Numbered from the stretch's first letter, positions 55,282 to 64,000 are shown. The stretch is DNA of 64,000 bases from an uncultured Bacteroidia bacterium (GCA_902778855.1 CACYZM010000001.1:5838-69837), one strand, 5' to 3'. The notes: a model not told the origin generated them from the letters alone. Program-made: numbers and translations.

Positions 55282-56493
55282 ATGAAACGCTTTGCCGCCC
55301 TGCTGACAGCCCTGTGCGCGACCCTGCTCACGGTCACTTCCTGCGACTGGTTCTCCCCCCGGGAAAAGGACCGTCAGGTGCTGCTCATCTACTTTGCCGG
55401 CAACAATTCCCTGACCCAGGAAGGCCAAGGCGACTTTGAGGACCTTCGCGGCGCCTGGCTCCCGGGCCAGAAAGAAACCGACAAGATCGTCCTGGTCTAT
55501 CACCACTTCATGGACCGCACCCCGACCCTGGTCCGCCTGAGCCGTGACAAGAAAGGCGTCCTCGTGGAGGAGACCATCCAGGAATATCCCTTCTCGACCA
55601 ATTCCGCGACCCAAGAGACGCTCACCACCGTGCTGAACGATGCCGAAGAAGCCTGGCCCGCCACCCGGCGGAGCCTCATCCTCTGGTCGCACGCCACGGG
55701 CTATCTGCCCGCCGGCTACTATTCCGACCCGAAAGACCAGGAACCGAAAGGACCCGTCCAGTGGAGCGTTCCCGGCAACACCCTCGAGAACGATCCCTAC
55801 GCCCATATGGTCAAAAGCTTCGCCGAAGACCACGGCACCGAGATGGAACTGGCCGACCTGCGCAGCGCCCTCAGCAGCCGGCACTACGAGTTCGTCCTCT
55901 TCGACTGCTGCTTCATGGCCGACGTGGAAGTGGCCTATGAACTGCGGAACGTCTGCGACTATGTGCTCTTCTCCCCCACGGAAATCCTCTCCGACGGCTT
56001 CCCCTACGAGACCATGGTCCAGCCCGTCTTTACCCAGAAGCCGGAAGAAGCCATGCGCACCATCGCGCAAAACTTTATGGCGCACTACCGCGCGATGTCC
56101 GGCGTCTACTGCTCCGCCACGGTGTCGGTGGTCCGCACCGCCGGCCTGGAGCCGCTCGCAGCCGCCTGCCGCCCCATTTTCCAGAACCACCGGGACCAGA
56201 TCCTGACGATCAACCGCTCGTCAATCCAGGCCTATCACCGGTTCAGCAACCAATACTGGTATTACGATCTCGACGACTTCGTCGGCCGCGTGGCCAGCGA
56301 CGCCGAGTATGCGGCTTTCCTGTCCGCCCTCAATGGCGCCGTCATTTTCAAGGACGCCACCGATTCCTTCCTCGGCCTGACCATCAGACACTATTCGGGC
56401 CTGGGAAGTTATATCCCCAGGCCCTCCTATACGGTGCTCAACAATTATTACAAGACCTTGCAGTGGAACAAAGCCACCGGGCTGGTCCAATAA
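55282..56493 (+). CDS. clostripain-like (C11 family) cysteine peptidase lipoprotein
   Basis: Lipobox LLTVTSC, His motif LILWSHATGY and Cys motif VLFDCCFMA. Confidence 0.8.
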   Translation: MKRFAALLTALCATLLTVTSCDWFSPREKDRQVLLIYFAGNNSLTQEGQGDFEDLRGAWLPGQKETDKIVLVYHHFMDRTPTLVRLSRDKKGVLVEETIQEYPFSTNSATQETLTTVLNDAEEAWPATRRSLILWSHATGYLPAGYYSDPKDQEPKGPVQWSVPGNTLENDPYAHMVKSFAEDHGTEMELADLRSALSSRHYEFVLFDCCFMADVEVAYELRNVCDYVLFSPTEILSDGFPYETMVQPVFTQKPEEAMRTIAQNFMAHYRAMSGVYCSATVSVVRTAGLEPLAAACRPIFQNHRDQILTINRSSIQAYHRFSNQYWYYDLDDFVGRVASDAEYAAFLSALNGAVIFKDATDSFLGLTIRHYSGLGSYIPRPSYTVLNNYYKTLQWNKATGLVQ

Positions 56494-56496
56494 CGA

Positions 56497-57051
56497 TTAT
56501 TTCTTGAAGTAACGGTTGTAGAGGCCTTCAAAGCCTTTGCCGTGGCGTGCCTCATCCTTGGCCATCTCGTGGATGGAGTCGTGGATGGCGTCGTAGTTGA
56601 GCTGTTTGGCCTTCGTGGCGATGGCTTTCTTGCCCTCGCAGGCGCCGGCTTCGGCTTCCATCCGTTTCTTCAGGTTGGTCTTGGTGTCCCAGACCATTTC
56701 GCCTAGCATCTCGCAGATGCGCGCGGCGTGGTCGGCTTCCTCGAAGGCGTAGCGGCGGAAGGCTTCGGACACTTCGGGATAGCCCTCGCGGTCGGCCTGG
56801 CGCGCCATGGCCAGGTACATGCCCACCTCGGAGCATTCGCCCCGGAAGTGATCCTGCAGGCCCTGCCAGATTTCGGGGTCGCAGCCCTTGGCCACGCCGA
56901 TCTTGTGTTCATCGACGAAGGTCAGACCGCCTTCGCTCTCGACGAGTTCGTTGAATTTCTCCTTGGGAGCCTTGCAGAGCGGGCAGCGCTCGGGCGCTTC
57001 GGGACCCTCATGCACATAACCGCAAACGGTGCAGATCCATTTCTTTGCCAT
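56497..57051 (-). CDS. rubrerythrin, 'reverse' domain order (N-terminal rubredoxin, C-terminal ferritin-like)
   Basis: N-terminal [12 protein letters not shown]...CPLCKAPK, then di-iron ExxH motifs (EEADHAA, DEARHGK). Confidence 0.9.
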   Translation of the reverse strand: MAKKWICTVCGYVHEGPEAPERCPLCKAPKEKFNELVESEGGLTFVDEHKIGVAKGCDPEIWQGLQDHFRGECSEVGMYLAMARQADREGYPEVSEAFRRYAFEEADHAARICEMLGEMVWDTKTNLKKRMEAEAGACEGKKAIATKAKQLNYDAIHDSIHEMAKDEARHGKGFEGLYNRYFKK

Positions 57052-57100
57052 AGTTTTACGAATTATCAGATTGTGGTTTTTGATTGTTTGTCAGGTCTCA

Positions 57101-57108
57101 CAAATTTA
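57101..57108 (-). promoter_or_regulatory. possible -7 promoter box (TAAATTTG) for rubrerythrin
   Basis: The minus strand reads TAAATTTG, ~50 nt upstream of ATG 57051. Confidence 0.35.
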
Positions 57109-57140
57109 TGGATTATAATATGATTTGCAAAAAAAATTCA

Positions 57141-57148
57141 TATCTTTG
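57141..57148 (+). promoter_or_regulatory. Bacteroidota -7 promoter box (TATCTTTG) for rplY-pth
   Basis: Exact match 87 nt upstream of the rplY ATG. Confidence 0.5.
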
Positions 57149-57234
57149 CGGCCTGCTGAAAAGGGTAACCTTTTGGTGCAATGGGAGCCGGACCCGTTTC
57201 CGGCTTGAGTAACACATTTTTTAAAACATCCATC

Positions 57235-57813
57235 ATGAAACATTTGGAACTTCAGGGTAAGAAGAGAATTACCGGCAAGAAAGCTGACGTCAAGAACGTC
57301 CGCAACGAACAGAGAGTGCCTTGCGTCATCTACGGCGCCGGCGTCGAGAACACCTCTTTCTCGGTCGACGAGAAGGAACTCAAGAACCTCACCCACACTC
57401 CCTATTCCCACATCGTGGACCTCAACATCGAAGGTGAATGCCACCAGGCCGTCCTCAAGGCCATCCAGTATCACCCGGTAACCGACCGCGCCCTCCACGT
57501 GGACTTCCTCGCCCTCGATCCGGCCAAGCCCGTGACCATCGAAGTGCCCATCAAGATCACCGGCAACTCCATCGGTGTCCGCCAGGGCGGTAAACTCAAC
57601 GTCCCCACCCGCAAGCTGAAGGTCTGCGGTATGATCGAGAATCTTCCCGACGAACTCCCGGTCGACATCACCGAACTGGGTCTGGGCAAACAGATCAACG
57701 CCGGCGACCTCAAGTTCGACGGTTTCCAGATCGTGTCGCCGAAGGGTACGCTGGTCTGCGCTGTCCGCGCAACCCGCAACTCCGCCGCCGCTGCCACCGA
57801 GGCCGCTCAATAA
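57235..57813 (+). CDS. rplY: 50S ribosomal protein L25/general stress protein Ctc
   Basis: MKHLELQGKKRITGKKADVKNVRNEQRVPCVIYG is a conserved L25 N-terminus. The track start at 57181 lies upstream in the leader. Confidence 0.9.
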   Translation: MKHLELQGKKRITGKKADVKNVRNEQRVPCVIYGAGVENTSFSVDEKELKNLTHTPYSHIVDLNIEGECHQAVLKAIQYHPVTDRALHVDFLALDPAKPVTIEVPIKITGNSIGVRQGGKLNVPTRKLKVCGMIENLPDELPVDITELGLGKQINAGDLKFDGFQIVSPKGTLVCAVRATRNSAAAATEAAQ

Positions 57814-57822
57814 GCCCTGCTT

Positions 57823-58446
57823 ATGAACTACCTGGTGGTCGGTCTGGGCAATATCGGCGCAGAATACGCCGCCACCCGACACAACATGGGATTTATGGTA
57901 TTGGATGCCTGGGCTCAGGCATCCAATGCTGTTTTTACCGTCGGCCGCTACGGCGCCACGACGGAAATCAGCTTCAAGGGCCGCAAGTTCACCCTGCTGA
58001 AGCCTTCCACCTATATGAACCTCAGCGGCAAGGCCGTCCGCTACTGGCTCCAGAAGACCCGCATCCCGCAGGAAAACCTGCTCGTGGTCGTCGATGACTT
58101 CGCCATCCCCTTCGGCACGCTACGTATGCGCAAGCGCGGATCGGCCGGCGGGCACAACGGGCTCAAGAGCATCGACTATGAACTGGTCAGCGACGACTAC
58201 GCCCGCCTGCGCGTCGGTACGGGCAACGGCGGCTTCGCAGAAGGCCATCAGGTGGACTTCGTACTGGGAGAACTGCTGCTGGAAGAAAAGCGGATGCTTC
58301 CCTTGGTGCTGGAACGCGCCGTCGAAGCCATCAAGTGCTACGGCACCGAAGGCATCGACCGGGCGATGACCCGGTTCAACCGCGCGGTCGTGACGGAAGA
58401 TCAGTCGTCTCCGTCGACCCCCTCATCCGAAAAGAAGGAACCGTAG
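57823..58446 (+). CDS. pth: peptidyl-tRNA hydrolase
   Basis: LVVGLGNIGAEYAATRHNMGF...GSAGGHNGLKSI motifs. Confidence 0.9.
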   Translation: MNYLVVGLGNIGAEYAATRHNMGFMVLDAWAQASNAVFTVGRYGATTEISFKGRKFTLLKPSTYMNLSGKAVRYWLQKTRIPQENLLVVVDDFAIPFGTLRMRKRGSAGGHNGLKSIDYELVSDDYARLRVGTGNGGFAEGHQVDFVLGELLLEEKRMLPLVLERAVEAIKCYGTEGIDRAMTRFNRAVVTEDQSSPSTPSSEKKEP

Positions 58447-58808
58447 AGCGAATCCATGTCGCGCCGCTCCTTTTTCGTGGGGCGGCCCGAACCGCGGTCG
58501 CGCCGGATGAAGAATGTCTCCACCGGGGCGTGGAGCTTGTCGAGCTCCGCCTGCGGCGTCAGGTTTTCCGCATAGGTCGCCACGTCTTTGGCGCCGACCC
58601 GTTTCTCCAACGGAGCCAATACTTTATAGGTATAGGAGACCGGCCCTTTGCGGATGCCGATCACATCGCCTGCCTTGACTTCGCGGGCCGGCTTGGCGGC
58701 GGCGCCGCCAACCGTCACCTTGCCGCCCTTGCAGGCGTCGGTCGCATCCGTGCGGGTCTTGTACACGCGAATCGACCAGAGGAATTTGTCTATTCTTACG
58801 GAATCCAT
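58401..58808 (-). CDS. hslR: S4-domain RNA-binding protein (Hsp15/HslR-like)
   Basis: MDSVRIDKFLWSIRVYKTRTDATDACKGGKV S4 motif. The ATG at 58808 is preferred to the track start at 58868, which lies inside a terminator. Confidence 0.8.
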   Translation of the reverse strand: MDSVRIDKFLWSIRVYKTRTDATDACKGGKVTVGGAAAKPAREVKAGDVIGIRKGPVSYTYKVLAPLEKRVGAKDVATYAENLTPQAELDKLHAPVETFFIRRDRGSGRPTKKERRDMDSLYGSFFSDEGVDGDD

Positions 58809-58826
58809 GATGGCGTCTTGCCCTGC

Positions 58827-58857
58827 AAAAAAGGGACCGCCCCGCAGGGGCAGTCCC
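58827..58857 (-). terminator. rho-independent terminator after the histone-H1-like gene
   Basis: The minus-strand RNA has stem GGGACUGCCCC-UGC-GGGGCGGUCCC followed by UUUUUU. Confidence 0.65.
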
Positions 58858-58880
58858 ATTTTTTTCAATGGAGGCGAGAA

Positions 58881-59054
58881 TTACTTCGCAGCTTCCACGG
58901 AAGCCTTGCGGAAGTCCTTCATCAGCTTGCAGATGTTGAGGGCGTTCTTGCGGGCGCGGGTACCGGCGGCCTTGTTGCCTTTGGTCACCTGCAGGTCGGC
59001 GTTCTTCTGGAACTGCTCGATCTCGGCATTGATTTTTTCAACGAGTTCTTTCAT
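58881..59054 (-). CDS. histone H1-like small basic DNA-binding protein (57 aa)
   Basis: Below the ORF-track length cutoff. Manual translation: MKELVEKINAEIEQFQKNADLQVTKGNKAAGTRARKNALNICKLMKDFRKASVEAAK. The KGNKAAGTRARK core is typical of Bacteroidota H1-like proteins, and the ORF is followed by a terminator. Confidence 0.75.
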   Translation of the reverse strand: MKELVEKINAEIEQFQKNADLQVTKGNKAAGTRARKNALNICKLMKDFRKASVEAAK

Positions 59055-59183
59055 GGTTGTTTTGGGTTAATTATGATTGATAAAGAATAAAAATTTCTCT
59101 AACCATTTGATTACGAAGTTAGGTGGTTTCTACGAATTCTCCAAATTTTCGCACGAAAAAACCGCAAAAATCAACGAGAATTG

Positions 59184-60656
59184 CTAAAAAAACCGTTCGC
59201 GGACACGGTAAGACCCGTAATTCGGCCTATCTTCTTCCGTATCAACCCGATATCCGGATTTTGATCTGGGCGTCGCCACGGAGGCCGGACGCGGGGAAAC
59301 GGACGGGTAAGCGCCGGTTGAAAGATGGGTCAGACAGGCCTTGACAGCCGCCTCTCCGACGCCGAAATCGTGGTACAGATCGTCGGGGCAATAGTAGTCG
59401 GGAACGAAGCCCGTTTCGGGGATCGCTTCGCCGCGGGAGTTGTTGTTGAAGAAACAAATGGGAAGGAACACCCACTCGAGCCGGGAGAAATCGTCGTTGT
59501 TATAGCGCTTGATGTCATCCTTCGTACTGGGATACATCAACACGTACATTCCGTTGGGTTTGCCGTAGGTCGTGTCGCCCACCATCTGCAGTTTCTCGCC
59601 CATATACGGCTTCAGGCCGTTGATTACCATCTCGCTGGCGGAAGCGGAGCCGGCACCGGTGATGAAATAGATGTGGTCGAGATTGAGCGCATGGGCGTTG
59701 GCCCCGACGGCAATCGTGTTCGCCTCGTCGCTGTAATCCTTGTCGAGGGAGGCCAGATAGCTGTTGTGGTGACGGACCACATAAGGTTTGCCCACGGCCG
59801 ACGAGGGGGCGAGATAGGTCATCAGCGTGTCGCTGGCCCGGGAGTCGCCGCCGCCGTTGTAGCGGAGGTCGACGATCAGGTCGCGGATGCCCTGGTCGTG
59901 GAAATAGGTCATGGACTGGGCGATGTCGTCGAGGAAATTCGCCTTGAAGGCCAGGTAGTGGAAATAGCCCACCGGCCGGGTCAGGCCCGGGTAGTCGCCG
60001 GGCTGGATGACGCGGGTGATCAGGTTGGTATGGGTCTGCAGATTGTCCTTCATCGTGGCCGTGAAGGTCGTTTCGGTGCCGTCGGCCAGGCGGAAGGTGA
60101 AGGTCTGCGTCTTTTTCGAATAGAAATTGTCGTTGAAGTATTTCGCCTTCTCACTGGTGAAGCCCTGATCGTCGTCTTCCACGCTGAAGCCGTCCATTTT
60201 GGTCAGCACGGCGCCGCGCGTCACACCGTGGGATTCGAACGGCGAGCCGGGGTAGATGTAGCGGATGTGGAGGCCGTAGTCGCCGTAGCCTTCGATGGCC
60301 TGGCCGATGCTCACGCCCCAGGTTCCGCTGATCACGCCGGTTTCGTCGGCAATGTAGTCCTCCCGGTCGCACATCCAGCTCCAGCGGTCGCGGGAATAGA
60401 GCAACTCGTCGAAGTACTCGTAGATATCGTAATTGTAGGGTTTGATCGTCTTGTTGCGGGCCATGACTTCGTCCCGCCAGTAGTAGAACACTTCCATGCA
60501 CTGATCACGCAGGAACACTTTGGCCTGGTAGTCGGGATCGGCATCGATCCTTTCCTGTTCCTCCTTCTCCTGCGGATCCGGGCAGGCCTGGAGCAGGAAG
60601 AGGGCGGGGAGCCAGCAGAGCAGCAGCAGGAAACGGGCGTACTTTTTCACTTTCAT
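59184..60656 (-). CDS. S41-family peptidase (tail-specific protease-like) lipoprotein
   Basis: LIVDLRYNGGGDSRA and ITGAGSASASEMVINGLK motifs. The ATG at 60656 gives MKVKKYARFLLLLCWLPALFLLQAC. Confidence 0.85.
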   Translation of the reverse strand: MKVKKYARFLLLLCWLPALFLLQACPDPQEKEEQERIDADPDYQAKVFLRDQCMEVFYYWRDEVMARNKTIKPYNYDIYEYFDELLYSRDRWSWMCDREDYIADETGVISGTWGVSIGQAIEGYGDYGLHIRYIYPGSPFESHGVTRGAVLTKMDGFSVEDDDQGFTSEKAKYFNDNFYSKKTQTFTFRLADGTETTFTATMKDNLQTHTNLITRVIQPGDYPGLTRPVGYFHYLAFKANFLDDIAQSMTYFHDQGIRDLIVDLRYNGGGDSRASDTLMTYLAPSSAVGKPYVVRHHNSYLASLDKDYSDEANTIAVGANAHALNLDHIYFITGAGSASASEMVINGLKPYMGEKLQMVGDTTYGKPNGMYVLMYPSTKDDIKRYNNDDFSRLEWVFLPICFFNNNSRGEAIPETGFVPDYYCPDDLYHDFGVGEAAVKACLTHLSTGAYPSVSPRPASVATPRSKSGYRVDTEEDRPNYGSYRVRERFF

Positions 60657-60673
60657 TTTCTTCTCCCTTTTTG

Positions 60674-60681
60674 TATATTTG
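60674..60681 (+). promoter_or_regulatory. -7 promoter box (TATATTTG) for alsT
   Basis: Exact TAnnTTTG match 20 nt upstream of ATG 60701. Confidence 0.5.
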
Positions 60682-60689
60682 CAAAGATA
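60682..60689 (-). promoter_or_regulatory. -7 promoter box (TATCTTTG) for the S41 peptidase gene
   Basis: The minus strand reads TATCTTTG and directly abuts the alsT box; 26 nt upstream of ATG 60656. Confidence 0.5.
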
Positions 60690-60700
60690 AAGGTTTTTCC

Positions 60701-62089
60701 ATGAATTCAATCGCAACCCTCATCGAAAAGATCTCCTCGGCCGTATGGGGCTGGCCGATGATCATTCTGCTCCTGGGCACCCACGTATTCATGACCATCC
60801 GCCTGCGGTTTCCGCAGCTGAAAGTCGGCAAAGCCATCCGGCTGTCCCTGACCAAGGACAGCCAGTCGCACGGCGACGTCAGCCAGTTCGGCGCCCTGGC
60901 CACCGCTCTGGCGGCCACCATCGGCACCGGCAACATCGTGGGCGTGGCCACGGCCGTGGCCCTCGGCGGGCCCGGCGCAGTGCTCTGGTGCTGGATCACC
61001 GGCGTCTTCGGTATGGCCACCAAGTATTCGGAAGGGTTGCTGGCCGTCAAATACCGCGTCAAGACGAAAGACGGCCGTATGCTCGGCGGCCCGATGTTCG
61101 CCCTCGAGCGCGGCCTCCACGCCAAGTGGCTGGCCATCCTCTTCGCCGCGTTCACGGCCATCGCCGCCTTCGGCATCGGCAACACGGTGCAGGCCAATTC
61201 CATCTCGCTGCTCCTCAACGAGACTTACGGCGTCTCGCAGGTCCTGGTGGGCGTCATCCTGGCCCTGCTGGTGCTGCTAGTCATCGTCTTCGGCGTGAAG
61301 GGCATCTCGCGGGTCTGCTCCGCCCTGGTGCCGTTCATGGCCATTTTCTATGTGCTCGGCTGTCTGGTGATCCTCGGCCTCAACTGGCCGTATCTGGGCG
61401 AGAGCATCCGGCTCATCTGCCGCTCCGCCTTCACGGCCCGCGCGGCAGGCGGCGGCTTCGTCGGCACGACCGTGCTGATGGCGTGCCGTTTCGGTATCGC
61501 CCGCGGCCTGTTCTCCAACGAGTCCGGTCTCGGCTCCGCCCCCATCGTGGCGGCAGCCGCCCAGACCCGCAACCCCGTGCGGCAGGCCCTGGTCTCCTCC
61601 ACCGGCACGTTCTGGGACACCGTCGTGGTGTGCGCCATCACCGGCCTGGTGCTCGTGAGCAGCATCGTGGCCCATCCCGACATCGACTATACGCAGGGCG
61701 CCGCCCTTACCAAGGCCGCTTTCGACAAGCTGCCTTACGTGGGCCCGATCATCCTTTCCGTGGGTATCGTCACCTTCGCCTTCTCCACCATCCTGGGCTG
61801 GTCGTACTACGGCGAGCGCGCCATCGAATACCTGGCCGGCCGCAACGTCAAGGCTGGCAAGATCGTGGTTGCCATCTACCGCGTCCTCTTCATCGGCGCC
61901 GTCTTCGCCGGCTCCGTGCTGAGCCTCTCGGTCGTGTGGAACCTGGCCGACATCGCCAACGCCCTGATGGCCATCCCGAACCTGATCGCCATCCTGCTGC
62001 TCAGCGGGGTGATCGTGGCCGACACCCGGAAATATCTGTGGAACAATCGTCTGGACGACGACAGCGGAGAAGTACCTCCTACTCTATAA
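60701..62089 (+). CDS. alsT: alanine/glycine:cation symporter (AGCS family)
   Basis: MNSIATLIEKISSAVWGWPMIILLLGTHVFMTIRLRFPQ... and ATIGTGNIVGVATAV are typical of AGCS transporters. Confidence 0.85.
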   Translation: MNSIATLIEKISSAVWGWPMIILLLGTHVFMTIRLRFPQLKVGKAIRLSLTKDSQSHGDVSQFGALATALAATIGTGNIVGVATAVALGGPGAVLWCWITGVFGMATKYSEGLLAVKYRVKTKDGRMLGGPMFALERGLHAKWLAILFAAFTAIAAFGIGNTVQANSISLLLNETYGVSQVLVGVILALLVLLVIVFGVKGISRVCSALVPFMAIFYVLGCLVILGLNWPYLGESIRLICRSAFTARAAGGGFVGTTVLMACRFGIARGLFSNESGLGSAPIVAAAAQTRNPVRQALVSSTGTFWDTVVVCAITGLVLVSSIVAHPDIDYTQGAALTKAAFDKLPYVGPIILSVGIVTFAFSTILGWSYYGERAIEYLAGRNVKAGKIVVAIYRVLFIGAVFAGSVLSLSVVWNLADIANALMAIPNLIAILLLSGVIVADTRKYLWNNRLDDDSGEVPPTL

Positions 62090-62405
62090 CATAGACGTCC
62101 TCACCGTCCTGGTGATAGTAGTATTCTTCGCGGGCGAACTTCTCGAGGGAGTCGCGCTCGGAGCGAAGTTGCTGCAGTTTGCGGTCCATGTTGGAGATCT
62201 CGCGCTTGTAGAACTCGATCTGCCGCTGCTGGCGGCGCAGGGTCACGCGCGCGCGGATCATCTGCCCCACGTTGTTGGTGTCGAGGAAGCAGATCCAGAC
62301 CAGGAAAATGAAGCCCACGACAAAGTACTTGTTGAGCAGTACTTTCCCCACGGGATGCTGTTTCCATTCCCGGTACTTTTCCCCGATTTTGGTGAAGATC
62401 GACAT
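62079..62405 (-). CDS. septum formation initiator (FtsB/DivIC-like) protein
   Basis: 108 aa with one TM helix (FVVGFIFLVWICFL) followed by a coiled coil (RRQQRQIEFYKREISNMDRKLQQLRSERDSLEKFAREEY). The rest of the 331-aa track ORF is antisense shadow of the CPBP gene. Confidence 0.75.
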   Translation of the reverse strand: MSIFTKIGEKYREWKQHPVGKVLLNKYFVVGFIFLVWICFLDTNNVGQMIRARVTLRRQQRQIEFYKREISNMDRKLQQLRSERDSLEKFAREEYYYHQDGEDVYVIE

Positions 62406-62447
62406 GGCGGCGGATGTTTTCACAAAAATAATGATTATTTTTGACGG

Positions 62448-63272
62448 ATGATTCAACAATTCAAATATTGCAAACCCGGGGTGGGAGCTTCGTGGCTGCT
62501 GGTCGCCCTGGTTTTTGTCGGAAGCCTGGTGGGAGGTATGTTGACGTTTGCCTGGCAGGCCGTTCCGCAATCGCTCACCTATCTGATTATGATGTGTTTC
62601 CCGCTGGCGGCCTGCTGGTGGATGGGGGCGCAGGCCCAGCTGCGCGGCGAGCCGGCGCTCCGGATCGATGCGCCGCATTTCGGCAAGCTGGGCGCCTTCG
62701 GCGTCCTGGCGCTGGCGGCCATCGCCATGTTGTCCCTGTCGGTCGTCATCGAACCGACCACGTCGTTCATTCCGATGCCCGATTCCATCAAGGCCATCTT
62801 TGAGAAAGCCTTCGTCGAATCCGCCCTGTGGGACATGATCGTCTCGACCTGCATCCTGGCGCCACTGCTCGAAGAGCTGCTCTGCCGCGGCATCATGCTG
62901 CGCGGCATGCTGGCCCGCAGAAAGGCCCCGTGGAAGGCCATCGTCTGGTCGGCCCTGATCTTCGCCGTGATGCATATGAATCCCTGGCAGTCCATCCCCG
63001 CCTTCCTCATCGGGCTGCTGCTGGGCTGGGTCTATTACCGCACCCACTCGCTGTGGGCCACCATTTTCCTGCACTGCCTCAACAATTCCATTTCGACGGT
63101 CATTTCACGCGTCTGGGCCGACCTGCCCATCGATGCCGGGCTTAAGGATGTGCTGCCGGAAACCACTTACTGGATCGTATATGTAGCCGCAGCCCTGCTG
63201 CTGGCCATCACCCTTGTCATACTCAATGAAAAAACTGTATCCTCTCAAGTTCAAGCCCCAGTGGATGCCTAA
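62448..63272 (+). CDS. CPBP-family intramembrane glutamic endopeptidase (CAAX protease-like)
   Basis: Motifs LLEELLCRG, FAVMH and FLHCLNN. Confidence 0.8.
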   Translation: MIQQFKYCKPGVGASWLLVALVFVGSLVGGMLTFAWQAVPQSLTYLIMMCFPLAACWWMGAQAQLRGEPALRIDAPHFGKLGAFGVLALAAIAMLSLSVVIEPTTSFIPMPDSIKAIFEKAFVESALWDMIVSTCILAPLLEELLCRGIMLRGMLARRKAPWKAIVWSALIFAVMHMNPWQSIPAFLIGLLLGWVYYRTHSLWATIFLHCLNNSISTVISRVWADLPIDAGLKDVLPETTYWIVYVAAALLLAITLVILNEKTVSSQVQAPVDA

Positions 63273-64000
63273 GGCCTGGGGCGGCGAGTTCTGGGATCTC
63301 TGCGGATTCGACAAAGAGGCCTCCGTGGTCTCCGAAGGCTACCTGGCCGAAAACGACCTGCCCGACATTCTGGAAACCTATATGGGCGACCTGGTCGGCG
63401 ACGAGATCTTCGAATGGCATAACCTGTATTTTCCGCTGCTGATCAAGCGGCTCGTCGTCAAGGACCGCCTGTCGGTGCAGGTGCACCCCGACGACACGGT
63501 GGCCGCCGAACGCTTCGGCGAGTACGGCAAGACGGAATTCTGGTATGTCCTGGAAGCGGAACCCGATGCCCGGATCTGGATGGGCTTTCGGGAAGACACC
63601 GACGCCGGCGCGCTCTATAAGGCCTGCCAGGAGGGTACGGCCGATCAGTTGATGAACGCCTACGCGCCCCGGCCGGGCGACTGTTTCTTCATTCCGACCG
63701 GCACGGTGCACGCTGCCGGCGGCGGCCTGAAGATCGCCGAGATCCAGGAATCCTCCGATATGACGTTCCGGCTGTACGACTGGGGGCGCGAGCACAATCC
63801 CGCCACCCGGCGCGAAATGCACCTCGACCAGGCGCTCGACTGCATCGACTACCGGAAATACGATGAAGCCACCTTCAGCTGCCATCTGGGCGGTGCGGAG
63901 GATGGCGTGCGGGTGCTGGTCAACGATCCGCACTTCGTGATTACGAGCGTGAAACTCTCGGCCCCGGCGCACGTGCCGGTCGCCTCGTTCAAGAGCTGTA
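63226..64000 (+). CDS. manA: type I phosphomannose isomerase (partial; continues beyond the window)
   Basis: Not in the track because no stop lies in the window. The ATG at 63226 reads MKKLYPLKFKPQWMPKAWGGEFW...; later QVHPDDTVAAERFGEYGKTEFWYVLEAEP. Confidence 0.8.
   Translation, partial: MKKLYPLKFKPQWMPKAWGGEFWDLCGFDKEASVVSEGYLAENDLPDILETYMGDLVGDEIFEWHNLYFPLLIKRLVVKDRLSVQVHPDDTVAAERFGEYGKTEFWYVLEAEPDARIWMGFREDTDAGALYKACQEGTADQLMNAYAPRPGDCFFIPTGTVHAAGGGLKIAEIQESSDMTFRLYDWGREHNPATRREMHLDQALDCIDYRKYDEATFSCHLGGAEDGVRVLVNDPHFVITSVKLSAPAHVPVASFKSC

Noticed and set aside
62406-63074. Upstream two-thirds of the 331-aa minus-strand ORF 62079-63074
   Set aside because: That part is Arg/Gly/Asp/Gln-rich and antisense to the well-supported CPBP protease gene. 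Only the last 108 codons (from ATG 62405) encode a TM-plus-coiled-coil FtsB-like protein.
63223-63972. 249-aa minus-strand ORF
   Set aside because: It is antisense to the plus-strand manA reading frame, which shows the conserved MKKLYPLKF... and QVHPDD...GKTEFWYV motifs.

Overview
High-GC (~60%) Bacteroidota chromosome segment, probably Rikenellaceae/Alistipes-like. This is inferred from SusC/SusD, BACON and GH92 genes, TAnnTTTG promoter boxes and lipoprotein signal peptides. The window is mostly core genes. (1) A minus-strand SusC/SusD locus is surrounded by thiol-redox genes (DsbD, several TlpA-like thioredoxin-fold lipoproteins, an nDsbD-domain fusion) instead of CAZymes. (2) A 9-kb minus-strand Met/Thr operon runs metY-metX-thrA-asd-MATE-DUF3737-patB, with a divergent Lrp regulator. 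(3) An L,D-transpeptidase and a short UvrA paralog. (4) A ROK kinase and a sugar MFS transporter. (5) A complete F-ATPase operon (atpDC-BEFHAG) extended by a TlpA-like gene and an M28 peptidase gene. (6) A GH92 / transglutaminase-like / cutC operon. (7) pepD, rpsF-rpsR-rplI, folP, tmk, a GT2, DPP-III, a C11 peptidase, rubrerythrin, rplY-pth, hslR, a histone-H1-like small ORF, an S41 peptidase, alsT, ftsB-like, a CPBP protease and manA (partial). The main surprises are non-coding. At least four families of palindromic repeats occur. One family sits next to a HUH/Y1 (RAYT/IS200-like) transposase gene. Another is inserted three times in frame inside cutC. A third overlaps the start of a lipoprotein gene. 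No rRNA, tRNA, CRISPR array, prophage or recognisable defence system was seen. The ORF track uses alternative start codons, so several starts were moved to the first ATG that gives a signal peptide or conserved N-terminus. The many long antisense ORFs are high-GC shadow ORFs.
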